Assembly (NCBI GenBank): GCA_026026165.1
Contig: JAPEUD010000007.1
Coordinates: 558,001 to 599,476 of the forward strand
Direction: 5' to 3'
Source of the DNA: Sarea resinae
Taxonomy: Eukaryota
Length of the DNA: 41,476 nt
In this document: one piece after another, positions 24,933 through 35,720 of the stretch
How positions within the stretch are numbered: position 1 is the first letter of the stretch
Layout: every line of letters starts with the position of its first letter
The notes under the pieces: generated by a model
The model's input: only the letters and a program-made list of their open reading frames with translations
Databases searched by the model: none
What the model was told of the DNA's origin: nothing
Made by a program: the position numbers and the translations under genes

Positions 24933-26312
24933 CTACCCCGAAAAGGAATCGAGATCAACACTCCCACCACAAGCCGTGGTATCTGCTCATTACGCCCTTA
25001 CAGTCAGCCATTTGTCGCTCTCCCGGATTGCCATTCCCACCCTAAAAGTGATTTTCCTTTTTTATTCTTTCTTTCTTTCTCTCTTTCTTTCTGGGACGGG
25101 TTCGGGAAAGACACAGGCTTTATAGACAGAAGAGACTTACCAAGATAGTACTGCTTCGCATAGGCCGAAGTCCAGCCGCCCATAAAAGTATCCACGGTGC
25201 CGACGCCCGACTCGTAATCGTCTTGGACGGCCCACAACGGCAGGCTGGACGCGATGTCTGTGTCTCGCGAGGGAAATATTCCTGACCATTGGTTCCTGGG
25301 GAGAGAAAAAGATGCTCGGTCAGCTAGATGGTCTAGGCGACGAGTGGTCGAGAGGGCCTGGCCCGCTTGATGAACACCCACCCCCCTTCTTTCCCCATTC
25401 TCCCTCGTTCATCGTGAAAAGACATCCGGAAAAAAAAAGATAAGGAAAAGGAGAACTGACCCGTTAGCATAGACACCCCAATTCAGGCCCGTGTTCTGCA
25501 ACGCCGTGATCCACTCATTGGCGAGGGACTCGTTATCGTCGGCGCCCAGGTTCCAGGCATTGCATGTGCCGGACGTCGGCTCGATGTCAAACCAGAGGTA
25601 CTCGAGATTCATGTCGTTGTCGCTGATGGTGTTGATCAGCTCGTTGAGCTGGTCGGTCGGTGATTTGCAGGACACGCCTGTGGGCTGGGTGCCGGTGCCT
25701 GGATGATGGGGTGGTATTCAGCGGTTGTTCTTTGGGGGAGGAAAATGCGGAGGGGAAAGGGGGGAGCGACTGGATGGGACCGTGGGTGGACTTAGTGAGG
25801 AAGAGGTAGGACTCACAGGGGAACATGTAAGCATCTATATAGCTTACGCCTGCATTCGCAGCCGCGTTATACGAGGCCACGAAATTTGAGTCCACGGCAC
25901 CACCCTATGATCGCCCGCATCATCAGCATCATCCCTTCAATCAGGATCATATCCAAATCATGTCTTCGCGTGCCGCTTCCCCGTCTCTCCCTCAGACCTC
26001 TTTGCTTACCATCCCCTTCTCCCCCTCCTTCTCTGCCTTTCCACTCCCTCCCTCCCTCTCTCTCTGTGAGAATATAGAAGTTCGAAGCTTTCCCTCTGCT
26101 CACAACGGTTGAAAGAAAAGGCCCTTTCAAGCATAACTCACCTCACCACACGCCTGCTGATACCCCCTGATGACGACTTTATCATAATTCGACGCCGCAC
26201 AGGTCCAGAAGCTCGAGCTCTGGGCCGACGAGATGTCCAGGGCCGTCAGATCTGCCGCGACCAAGGCGGCGCCGGAGAGGAGGGTAAGGAGGGATCGGGT
26301 AGTGGAATGCAT
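24933..26312 (-). CDS. Secreted GH25-like lysozyme (Lys1-like/protist type), 5 exons
   Basis: Introns 26141-25905, 25816-25699, 25460-25296, 25140-24983. Signal peptide MHSTTRSLLTLLSGAALVAA; ALDIS, VVIRGYQ, GAVDSNF, IDAYMFPC, LWFDIE (DxE), WGVY, PLW, FMGGWTSAYAKQY, VDLD. Confidence 0.85.
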
Positions 26313-27787
26313 GTCTGGTAGACCTCTCACTTTGAGATTGGTAAATTGGATTCTGGGAAAGCCAAAGCCCCGAGAAAACTATGATCAATTTCGCCGAATA
26401 GGCAGATAGGTAAAGACAAAAGCGCGAGATTTTGATGAGTGGGCGCTTGTGATGTCAATTGTTTTCTTTGAAAGGTAAATAAAATTCAGGCTTTCTTTAG
26501 CTTTCTGAATTTACTATATATACTCGCGCTGGTCTCGCGGCCTTATCTGTCTTTCCCACATAGCCTTTTGGTCCCTAGGCTACGATCACATCTACCGCTC
26601 CTAAAACTCAATGAGGAAGGTTCCATCTCTTTGGAGTCCTTTCTTTACCTGGGCTTCTGGGGCGATCAAGGTTGACGCTCTCGTAGCTGAGTGGCCGACA
26701 TTGTTCGAGAAACTCCCGATTTTTTTAATATTCCCAGACTGAGAGCTTAGAGCGCTGATCGTCTCGTCTCGGCCGCTGCTCTCCTCTTGGTGCAAGATCG
26801 AAAAGGCGATCCAGGCACAGGGGAACGAACGAACCAAGGTCCAGACAACAATAATGAGGAAAAGCCTCGCTCATCACCATGCAATGGGGAGGGGTTTGGT
26901 GATGGCTTACTGGGTGAAAAAGGTTAGAGGTCCATGCCGTCGTGCATACGCATGCAGGCGCGGACTACTAAACGTCTCTCTGCAGCTTCTCGAAAAAGCT
27001 TGGCCTTCTGCCAACGATGGCGGAACAGCAATTCCTGTCCTCAATCTCCCCACGTTTCCGGGGCTTATCGCGTCGTGCATGAGAAGTCAAACCTTATCGG
27101 AGTTACAGGCATCGCTGCTTCGCCTAAAATCGCCTCTTGAAGCGTAGTCGCCTACCGCTATTCTTTCTACTCCAGACAGCAGCTCTTGAGCCAGCCCTCA
27201 AAGAGGAAATCTGCGCCGTTTCTAGAAACTCTAGCTTCCCCTCAACTGACAGGTCTTCTTCATCAGGTACGGGACGGGAAGACTGTTCCTTGAATCCCCC
27301 GTCACGATCAGGACATTCGGGAAACCAATTTGTTGGAAGCTCAAGTGCGATAGGTCCTATTCTCTTTGACTCCCGCATTTCCAATCTGAACGAGGTCTTT
27401 GCATGACCGAGACTGTGCCAATCATACGACCGGAAGGCTTGAAATTTCATCTAAGTCATCGTAGATACTAGGTGGAGGTAGAACTACCCAACATTAAGCG
27501 TGCCAGCATGATCTTCAAGGTATGGTGAAAAAGGTAAACACCGTGAACACAGTGTATATTGAGGGTGAGAAGGCAGGACAAGCAGCGTCGATGGTTTACA
27601 GTACGAAAGGTACGATCTATTTGAACTTCTCAAGATCACAGATAAGACGCACTCAAGACTTAGCGACCTCGAAATCTGTTGTAGATGAGCCCTTTACTAT
27701 TTTGTAGGATATTTTATCTTGAAAAGATGCCTCTATCCTAATTGGACCAAGCCAAGCGTGCACTCCTTCTCACATTCGTTGAATGGC

Positions 27788-28958
27788 TTAGTAAACATAA
27801 CCCGTCCAGTCCTGCGCCCCTGCGACAGAATTCGCCCCGGAGATAGCAGCGGTGATATTGCCCTTGGTGCTGTCGGGGCCGATTTGGTAGCCGTCAGGGG
27901 ACTCATGACAGCACGTTTGCCCTGGGTACCCGGCGCTGCAGTCCTGAGTCTCGTCGGCAGCGGACACGAGCTCCCAATACATGTGAGGAATGCCAGCGCC
28001 GTTGAACAACTCGTAGAGTGGTTCGAATTGATCGTCTGGAACCTCGGCATCACAGCATGCGTTACCAACGCCCCACTCTTCAATGACCAGGTGCTTGTTG
28101 TTGACGTTTTGTAGCGCGGAAGGGATGAACTCGCCCCATTGAGACTTGGTCAGGTAGCTGTGCATACTGATTATGTCAATAGCGTCACATTCTATGGCCT
28201 TCGACATATAGTTATACGCATGTCCATCATATTGAGAGCCCCCAATTCCTCCAGTCGAGATCTTGACACCAGAGCCGTTGGTGATTGCGGCCATATTCCC
28301 GGCACGGCCGCAGAGCCAGTCACTCTCGTCATTATTGGCTGCTAGGCTAGAGTCGGAGATGAAAGGCTCATTTTGCACATCAAAGGCGAGGATGGCTTCA
28401 CTGAGCTGAGACCAAGGCTTGCCGAAATTGGGCGAAACGAAGTTGAGGATATAGGCCAAGCGGTTGTCGTACGCAGTCTTAGCATCGTCTGTAGTGTAGA
28501 AGCCTCCTGCTCCATAAGTGTTGCAGTACTCATCGCAGTAAGTACCAGAAAGATCGTTTGCGTTATGAGGGGAGATCAAAGCCTTGATGCCCAATGGCTG
28601 TAGCTTTGCCAGGAGGTTATCCAGTGCAATCAGAGAAGCGTTGTTATAGCTGCCCAAGGTAGGCTCGACGTCAGTCATGGAGATCGTCTGGCTCCCCTTC
28701 GCGCAAGAGCCATCAGATCCCGTTACTAGTTTCGATTAGACCGTCCAGACTTGGCTTGATGCGAACGGTGTGATATATACCCCAGAGCCTCACCACCTTC
28801 GCACCAACACTGGCAACCTCATTGACCCAATACTGCTGCTCGCCTTCGGAAAGCGTGTGAACAAAATAATTGTTTACACCTGCCCAGGAGTTCGAATTTG
28901 CTGTGACAATTGACGCCAAGGTCAAAGCCGAGAGGGTTGCGATCGTTGCAGATCTCAT
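27788..28958 (-). CDS. Secreted glycoside hydrolase family 5 (beta-mannanase-like), 2 exons
   Basis: Signal peptide MRSATIATLSALTLASIVTA; WAGVNNYF, GAKVVRLW, FDVQNEP (acid/base), ISMHSY, VIEEWG (nucleophile); intron 28780-28726. Confidence 0.85.
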
Positions 28959-30853
28959 GGTGATTGAAATCCGATGCTATAGCAATTCAAGTATAGACTA
29001 TGCTGGCGATGGCAATTTCGATGAGGAGCGACAAGTCGTTACTCTTTATACCATCGAAATTTCTGTGAACGCAGGCTGAGGCGAAAGGAACTAGGACGTC
29101 AAACACGAAGAGGAGACTACTATGTAGTCAAGTCGCGATTCCTGAATTGTCAGGAGACTCCGGTCGATTCTCAAATTTTAGTCCTTTGCGACTCGGCTGA
29201 AAAGGTATATCGCCGAGGACTCGTATTTTATCGGAGGATCAAGCAGAAGGATGTGATACTCCGATCGAGGCATGGCTTGGTGAACTCGATCCACAATACG
29301 AAGTAGTATACAAATTTAGGTCCGATTGACGACTGTCTTCCGCAATTCCTCAGTCTGAAACTCTTGTTTGTCTGAGCAAAGGCCTCTATGTCGTCACAGG
29401 GCTTGACTGGATTTCCCGATCGGTCCCAAAAGTATTCCATCTCTCTTTTGCCAATAAAGGGTAAGGCTGTCAAATTAGATTCTCTCTGGGCGGTGCTCGA
29501 GTTAGGCATATTAGTATGCAGCAACATGATGCTCGATTTCCCGATAGCCTATCTACTAGAGGTCTAGGCTTGGATAGACCGCCATCAATGGCCGATGAAA
29601 TTGACCTCCGATTCGTTACCTAATCATCTTTCCCGGAAAGGAACTTATCTCCCGTTTGTGGTCCTTGTCAAAGTGGTATGGACAGCATGGTTGCTGCTTT
29701 TGCAAGCAACATGTCGTGCACTCGCTAATGTTGGCGATAGAGTAGTCGGAGATGTTACATCGTCAACAATGAGACTTGGCATGGCTGGTAAGTTAAGCCG
29801 TGACAGCTGCTTGTGGCGATCTTGGCAGGCTAGAGAAGCTTCGCGACATCCATGTGCTGCGGAGTAAACATTGAGACCGGAGACGCCGTGATGCGAAGGG
29901 TGTTTGACACTTACCTTATTCATCGAGTTTGCCGGGTCGTAGTTGTTGGTGCAGATCTAGCTGGAGGCTCGATGAAACCGAAGCTCCCAAATGTGTATTC
30001 CGACGTATGGAGTACTAAGAGCGGAGACAAATTTCAGCTTGACACTCTTCGATGAGGGTTTGCAAGGCTGAGGACTGACAGCTGTTGAAAAGTGAAATCG
30101 AACAGAAACAGAATGCGAGGATTGGCCATCAAATCTGTCCAAGCTATTCCGTACTTAGTACGGCGTTACATTGTTGATGCGACAATAAAAGTAATGCTGA
30201 GTGAGGTGGGGTAAACTGTTCCGCAGCCCAGCTATCGTCAATCCTTGGTAAGGCCTTTCGTATCCGTACCGACTTTCGCTTTTAGGTAGGTAGGTAAGAG
30301 TATGGTATTAAGATCATGGATACTGATATAGGCGATCCTCGAAAGACGTCTCATCCGGCGGTAGCCTGTTCATCCGATCTCGAAGAAGTCCAAACTTTTT
30401 TATACTTTACTTACTCTTTTGGATCGATCCGAGATGAAGGCGTAACAACAAGGCTCTAGTGGCCGTTGACATGAGTGTTCGTCTCGGAGAATTCCAGTAA
30501 AAAGCAACGGTATTGATATACAGCACGCAAGCAACAGAGATAACGTGTGGACTAAAGCGGACTTCGAGGGCTCTGCAATCACAGTTGCAGATCTACACTT
30601 GCCAGCGGTGAGTCGGGTGGCTTCCGATTCCCGAAGCTAAAGCAAGGGCCAATATTCTAATTTCGTGTTATGGCTCAATTCTGCAGCAGAGACAATATTC
30701 CACTCTCAGACATATATATAGAGTACGATGGCGATGATAAATAACATTGGGTGGCAGAATAGAGTGGTCCAAACCGCACCAAAAGGAAAGATGACCAAAA
30801 TAACTGTTCCTCTGGTGCCAACACGCTAGGGATATGGAGACTGCGATGCACTT

Positions 30854-31961
30854 TTAATCGTCGAGAGTGCAAGTTGAAGGGGCCTGCACCCAGCCAGTAA
30901 GGCGATTTGCAATGTCTGAAGTATAGCAATGCGTTGCAATACCCTTGCCCAGGTCACCGGAAGAGTCGACGGAGCCAGAATTGTAGATTCGTGCAGCCCT
31001 GTAGAAGGCTGAGGTGTCGTTGGCATCAGATTCGTTGATGCACTGAGCGAGGCCATCTCCGCTATCAGTGCCTTCAGTGCCTTCGCGGATCATCTCGGTA
31101 ATGACTCCGGTGGGGCAAGGGTCTTGGACCTGACCAGTGACATCGCTATTGCAAGTGCCGTTGCCGTCGTGGTCTTGCATCAGGCCTGGATTGCGCACCC
31201 CATAATTGGTCGTGGGCACCCGCACACAGCCGCCAGACTCTTGCATCATGATGGCGAGAATGAAGCGATGGTCGACTAGCGACTCGGTCGCGACCGTCTG
31301 GATGGAGTCGTAGATAGCACCGATCTCGTCACTGGAATTATCGGTTTCATTCCACTGTTCACATGATGTCTCCATGACCGCCTTGTTGTTGGTGAACCTG
31401 GAACAGTCATAAGTCACATGTCAGGCTGGTTGCCCGGAGGTGCAGGTGCTTGAGGGCAATCCATGGAGGTCACCGGGCGACCCTTGATGAGGAGGAAGGA
31501 GGAAGGTAATTGACGGTCAGCACCGGGGGAGCAAGCATACATATCATCGAATGAGACCCATTGGGACTTGTCTGGCCAGGTAGAGCCATTCCCTGACCAG
31601 AAGGTGTAGGAGTCGGTGCCCGCACCGACCCCATCGTCGTTGTCGATACTGGACACCTCGAGCGCACTGATATCAACTTGACCGCCGGTCGCTAAGACCG
31701 GGGTGCCGGTGACTGATGTATTAGGTTGGAAGTTGCCGAATCGATCGCCGAACTGTGGGTGGCCCGTTGGTCGAGCCACCGAGGAGGTAGCGGCAGGAGG
31801 GTAACCCTTGACAGCGACAGCCGCGCACCACCACAGCACTATCACTGGCTGTGGCGTCCCATGATTCGCGAATTAGCACCGACCACCAAGAGATAACAAG
31901 CCACTGACAAATGCACACCACACCTTCCCGAAGAGTTATCCCTTACCTCTGCGAAGATCAT
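30854..31961 (-). CDS. Secreted lysozyme-like (SLT/GH23-like) domain protein, 3 exons
   Basis: A 15-nt first exon (31961-31947) gives signal peptide MIFAEPVIVLWWCAAVAVKG; introns 31946-31849 and 31540-31398; VDHRFILAIMMQESGG, NPGLMQ and AARIYNSG match the lysozyme-superfamily ES, GLMQ and AYN motifs. Confidence 0.85.
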
Positions 31962-32820
31962 CTTGCCTTACTCGAGCAGGTACTGGGAGTACAGAATGAG
32001 ACTGAAGAGGACGAAAATAGGGCGCCTTGCCGTGTATACCGCCAAGATATGCCTTGATCAAATCGACGAGCACAATGGGTGTTCGGAGCTCCTTTAAGCT
32101 CTTTCTCTTCATCCTCATTTTCTCCATGTTGGACTCTGTTGGACTCTGAATGTGACCTTGTCCAGGTTGATTTTCGTGGTGATACTGTTCCATACTGCAA
32201 AGATCCAGTAGCAACAGTGTCAATGTCAACGGTATCAACAGCATCGACCAGGTGTCATCAAGAATGGCTGCTGAGAGTTGCACCAGGGTGTGCCACCGAA
32301 GCCTATCATTTCAGAGTGTCCCTGTAGGGTCTCTAATGAGCACAGACTTGGCGCCAATGCTTGCACTGCCGGGCTGACGCGGACTGACTGTGGCGATCAT
32401 TCGTCCTACTTAACACATGTGGTTAGGGCTGGCTCTTCTGCAACTATCTTATCTAAAGAGATGTCTTGTTCCAGGCTAGTTCATTCCACCCTGTTTACCT
32501 TGATTTCCGAACCTGGTTTCTCTGGTATGTCAGTCGCTTTGAGCTTGTGCTTTGAGAAGTGGTTCCAGTAGCTCATGTGAATGTTCTTGTTTGATGTTTC
32601 TTCGCGGATCGGCCTACCAGAGACCTATTGGGCAGGTCAAAGGCGGAGTGAATGGACAGCATCATGTTCATCACATCGGCTGCCAGCCATGGCACTTCGA
32701 ACGCGTGGCAGGAATGCCAATTCTCTTTTACTCTTATTCTTGAGGTTGGACTCATCTGTTCCTTTTCTTCTCTGACCTCGTCCCAAAACTTTGCCGTGGT
32801 GGCATCGCTGGTCCCGCGTC

Positions 32821-35420
32821 ATGAAATTTCCTTCTGCCGTTGTTTTAGTTTCCCTGCTCGGTGCCGCACCTAGCGTGGCCGTGTCAAATCCTACGTCAGT
32901 CGGCCCGAGTTCTTTTGATCCGACCAATGTTACGGAATACGAATCATCTCAGACGTTGGTACCGGTCTCTTACGCCAATAAGGATCATGCTCTGCCTTTA
33001 GATCAACAACCATCAACATCCAACACGTTTTCTGTGCGAGATGTGTCGCCTCTTATTCCGACCAATCCAACAGCATTTTGGCTTGGAGCAATAGAGCACA
33101 ACGGTACCTCTCCGTTCTTAAAGGGCGATTCGGACTACAAGGTCTTCAGAAATGTTCAGGATTATTCGGGCGAAACCGATGATGCCCGTATTCAGGCGGC
33201 CATCGATGATCAAGGCCGATGCGGTAATAAATATCTAGGTCACTGCCGGAGCGATTGCCACTGACTTGATACTAGGAGGCGGCGAGTGTGATGGCTTCAC
33301 TGGTAGGCCTGCACAAGTCTACCTGCCAGGTGGAACATACACCATCACCAGATCTCTTCAGCTCTATGTCATGACTCAATTCATTGGAGATCCTTTAGAC
33401 ATGCCCATTTTAAAAGCAGACTCTGGCCTCTCTGATGTGATCATGTATGGCTCAGATGGGGTGCTGCAGTCGTCAAACAACTTCTACATCTCTATCCGAA
33501 ACGTTATTTTTGATACTACCAACGTTGATTCGAGCTCACAGATCAGTTGTCTAAATTGGGCCGTTGGTCAGGGGACTTCGCTCGATAATGTCCAGTTTCG
33601 CATGCCAAGCGGCTCTCAGCACACTGGCCTTTCCTTTCTCCCGCATGGGGATAACAATGACGGCGGCGGATCTGGAATCATAATGAGGTAGGTAAGATCA
33701 TCTGATCTAGAGCGAAACAGCATTGATGAAAAACTAATAGTGACTTGACGTTCGTTGGAGGCTTGATTGGGATCCGCCTCAAAGGCCAGCAATGGACTTT
33801 TAAGAATCTCAACTTCACTGGTTGCAGCACAGGCTTGGCAATCAAATCCGTCATTGGCGCTACTGTCTTTGGCGGGTCATGCCAGAATACAGGTATCTGT
33901 ATTGATGCCTCTAATCAAGACAAAGTTGGGGGGATTACTGTGGTCGACTTTGACATATACAACAGCAAAGTCGGTATCAAGAGCGTTAACTCCGGCAACT
34001 CTGGGTGGAATTCGATCGTCATCGACAACCTCATTAACGAGCCAAATGCCGTGTCTTTCCAAACAGGAAATGTTACACTTCATGGCGATATCTCGGCTCA
34101 TGCAATGGGCAACATTTACAAGGACAATAGCGCAAACATAACGACTGGTCATAAATCTGTTAGTTCAATTCTTCTGCTATTGTGTTTTAGTCTAACAAGC
34201 AACAGCAAACAAACATGCAAATCAATCGTCCCGGACCCTTACTTGTCAATGGCGCATATTACATGAAACCCCTACCTAATTTTCAACAGTACTCTGCGTC
34301 TCAATTTGCAAGCGTGAAAGGTATGGGGGCGCAAGGAGATGGATCGCACGATGACACCGCGGCCATCAACGCAGCTCTTGAGGCCAATTCTAACAAGAAA
34401 ATCACCTACTTTCCTCATGGTGTCTACATCGTGACCGATACCATTAAGGTCCCACCCGGCTCGATCATAGTGGGTGAATGGCTGTCGGCCATCTCGGCTT
34501 CAGGCCGGAAATTCGAAGATGCTACTAATCCTCGCGTGCTCTTCCAAGTCGGAGAGCCCAACGATCAAGGAACATTCGAGATGACCGACATGGTATTCAC
34601 GACCGCAGACATCCTCGCCGGCGCAATCCTCATGGAGATCAATATCGCAGGCAACAGCCCGGGAGACGTCTCGTTGCACAACTGCCACTTCCGCATCGGC
34701 GGTACCGCAGATAGTCGCGTCAACGAAGTCTGCGACACTACTCCTGCGCAATGCCAGGTTCCCTTCATGATGCTCCACATCACGGCGACCGGCAGTCCCT
34801 ACATCGAAAACATGTGGGGCTGGGCGGCGGACCACTCGCTCGACGGCGGCAACGACGGCGAGATCGGCGCCGGCCGCGGCTACCTGATCCAAACGAACAA
34901 GGCCGCCTGGATGATCGGCACGGCCGTCGAGCACAACGTGCTGTACGGCTACAACGTCGTCGAGGCGCAAAACGTCGTCTTCTCCTTCCAGCAGACGGAG
35001 ACGCCGTACTTCCAGCCGTCGCCGCAGGCGCCCAGCCCCTGGACCGTCAACGACACCTATTACGACCCGGACTTCACCAACTGCGACGGCCTGGACGACG
35101 CCAAGTGCTACGTGGCCTGGCCGATGCGCGTCTCGGGCGGCTCGGGCATCATCACGTACGGCACGGGCTTCTGGGCCTTCTACAACGACTGGGACGACGG
35201 CGATTACTTCACCCATCTGTGCGGCGGCCACGTCGACACGCCCTGTCAGCTCAACGGCCTGTTCCTCGAGAACCCGGCGAATAGCTACGTCTTCAATCAG
35301 AATGTCCGGGGCATGCAGAACATGGTCCTGGGACCCGAAGGCGCGCTTGCTTTGATGGAGCACAATATGGGCGGATGGGGCGGCGTGTTGGCTGCATATA
35401 TGGGGTTTTCGGGCGGCTAA
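32821..35420 (+). CDS. Secreted glycoside hydrolase family 55 (exo-beta-1,3-glucanase-like), 4 exons
   Basis: Signal peptide MKFPSAVVLVSLLGAAPSVA; YKVFRNV, NNFYISIRN, NWAVGQGTSL, GAQGDGSHDDTAAIN, YIENMWGWAADH, GTAVEH, QTETPYFQP; introns 33224-33275, 33688-33740, 34159-34205. Confidence 0.93.
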
Positions 35421-35477
35421 AGAATAGAAACGGGGACGAAGAAAAACGTCTCAAAAAAGGTCCGGTCGGAGATGGGG

Positions 35478-35505
35478 ATAGATTATAGATTAGATAGATT
35501 AGATA
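35478..35505. repeat. Degenerate TAGAT/TAGA microsatellite in the GH55 3' region
   Basis: atagattatagattagatagattagata. Confidence 0.6.
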
Positions 35506-35720
35506 CCTCCCCGGCGTTTGATGCGATGCCATGAAACAGGAAGACGAAGAGCAACGAAACGACTTTGATGATATAGATACGATTACGAGTTCTAGACTAG
35601 GTATACAAATGAAGCCTCATTATGAATGCCATGAGCCATATTTTCGCTTTCTCGCTCTCAAGCTTCATGCAGAAAAGACCAAACAGGCATGGCAGCAAAC
35701 AACGAAAAAAGGTGATGGCG

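Noticed and set aside
26400..27780. Short ORFs in the GH25-GH5 spacer (likewise 29000-30850 and 14200-15980)
   Set aside because: No motifs, coding bias or consistent splice structure; no transposon termini or RIP-like AT richness seen.
31936..32283. 115-aa ORF as possible N-terminus of the SLT-like gene
   Set aside because: It meets the 31946 donor in the wrong phase; the ATG at 31961 gives an in-frame signal peptide.
32421..32429. GGTTAGGG telomere-like or telomerase-template-like sequence
   Set aside because: Single short match in a divergent promoter, expected by chance, with no supporting structure.
34500..35363. 287-aa minus-strand ORF
   Set aside because: Antisense shadow of the GC-rich last exon of GH55.
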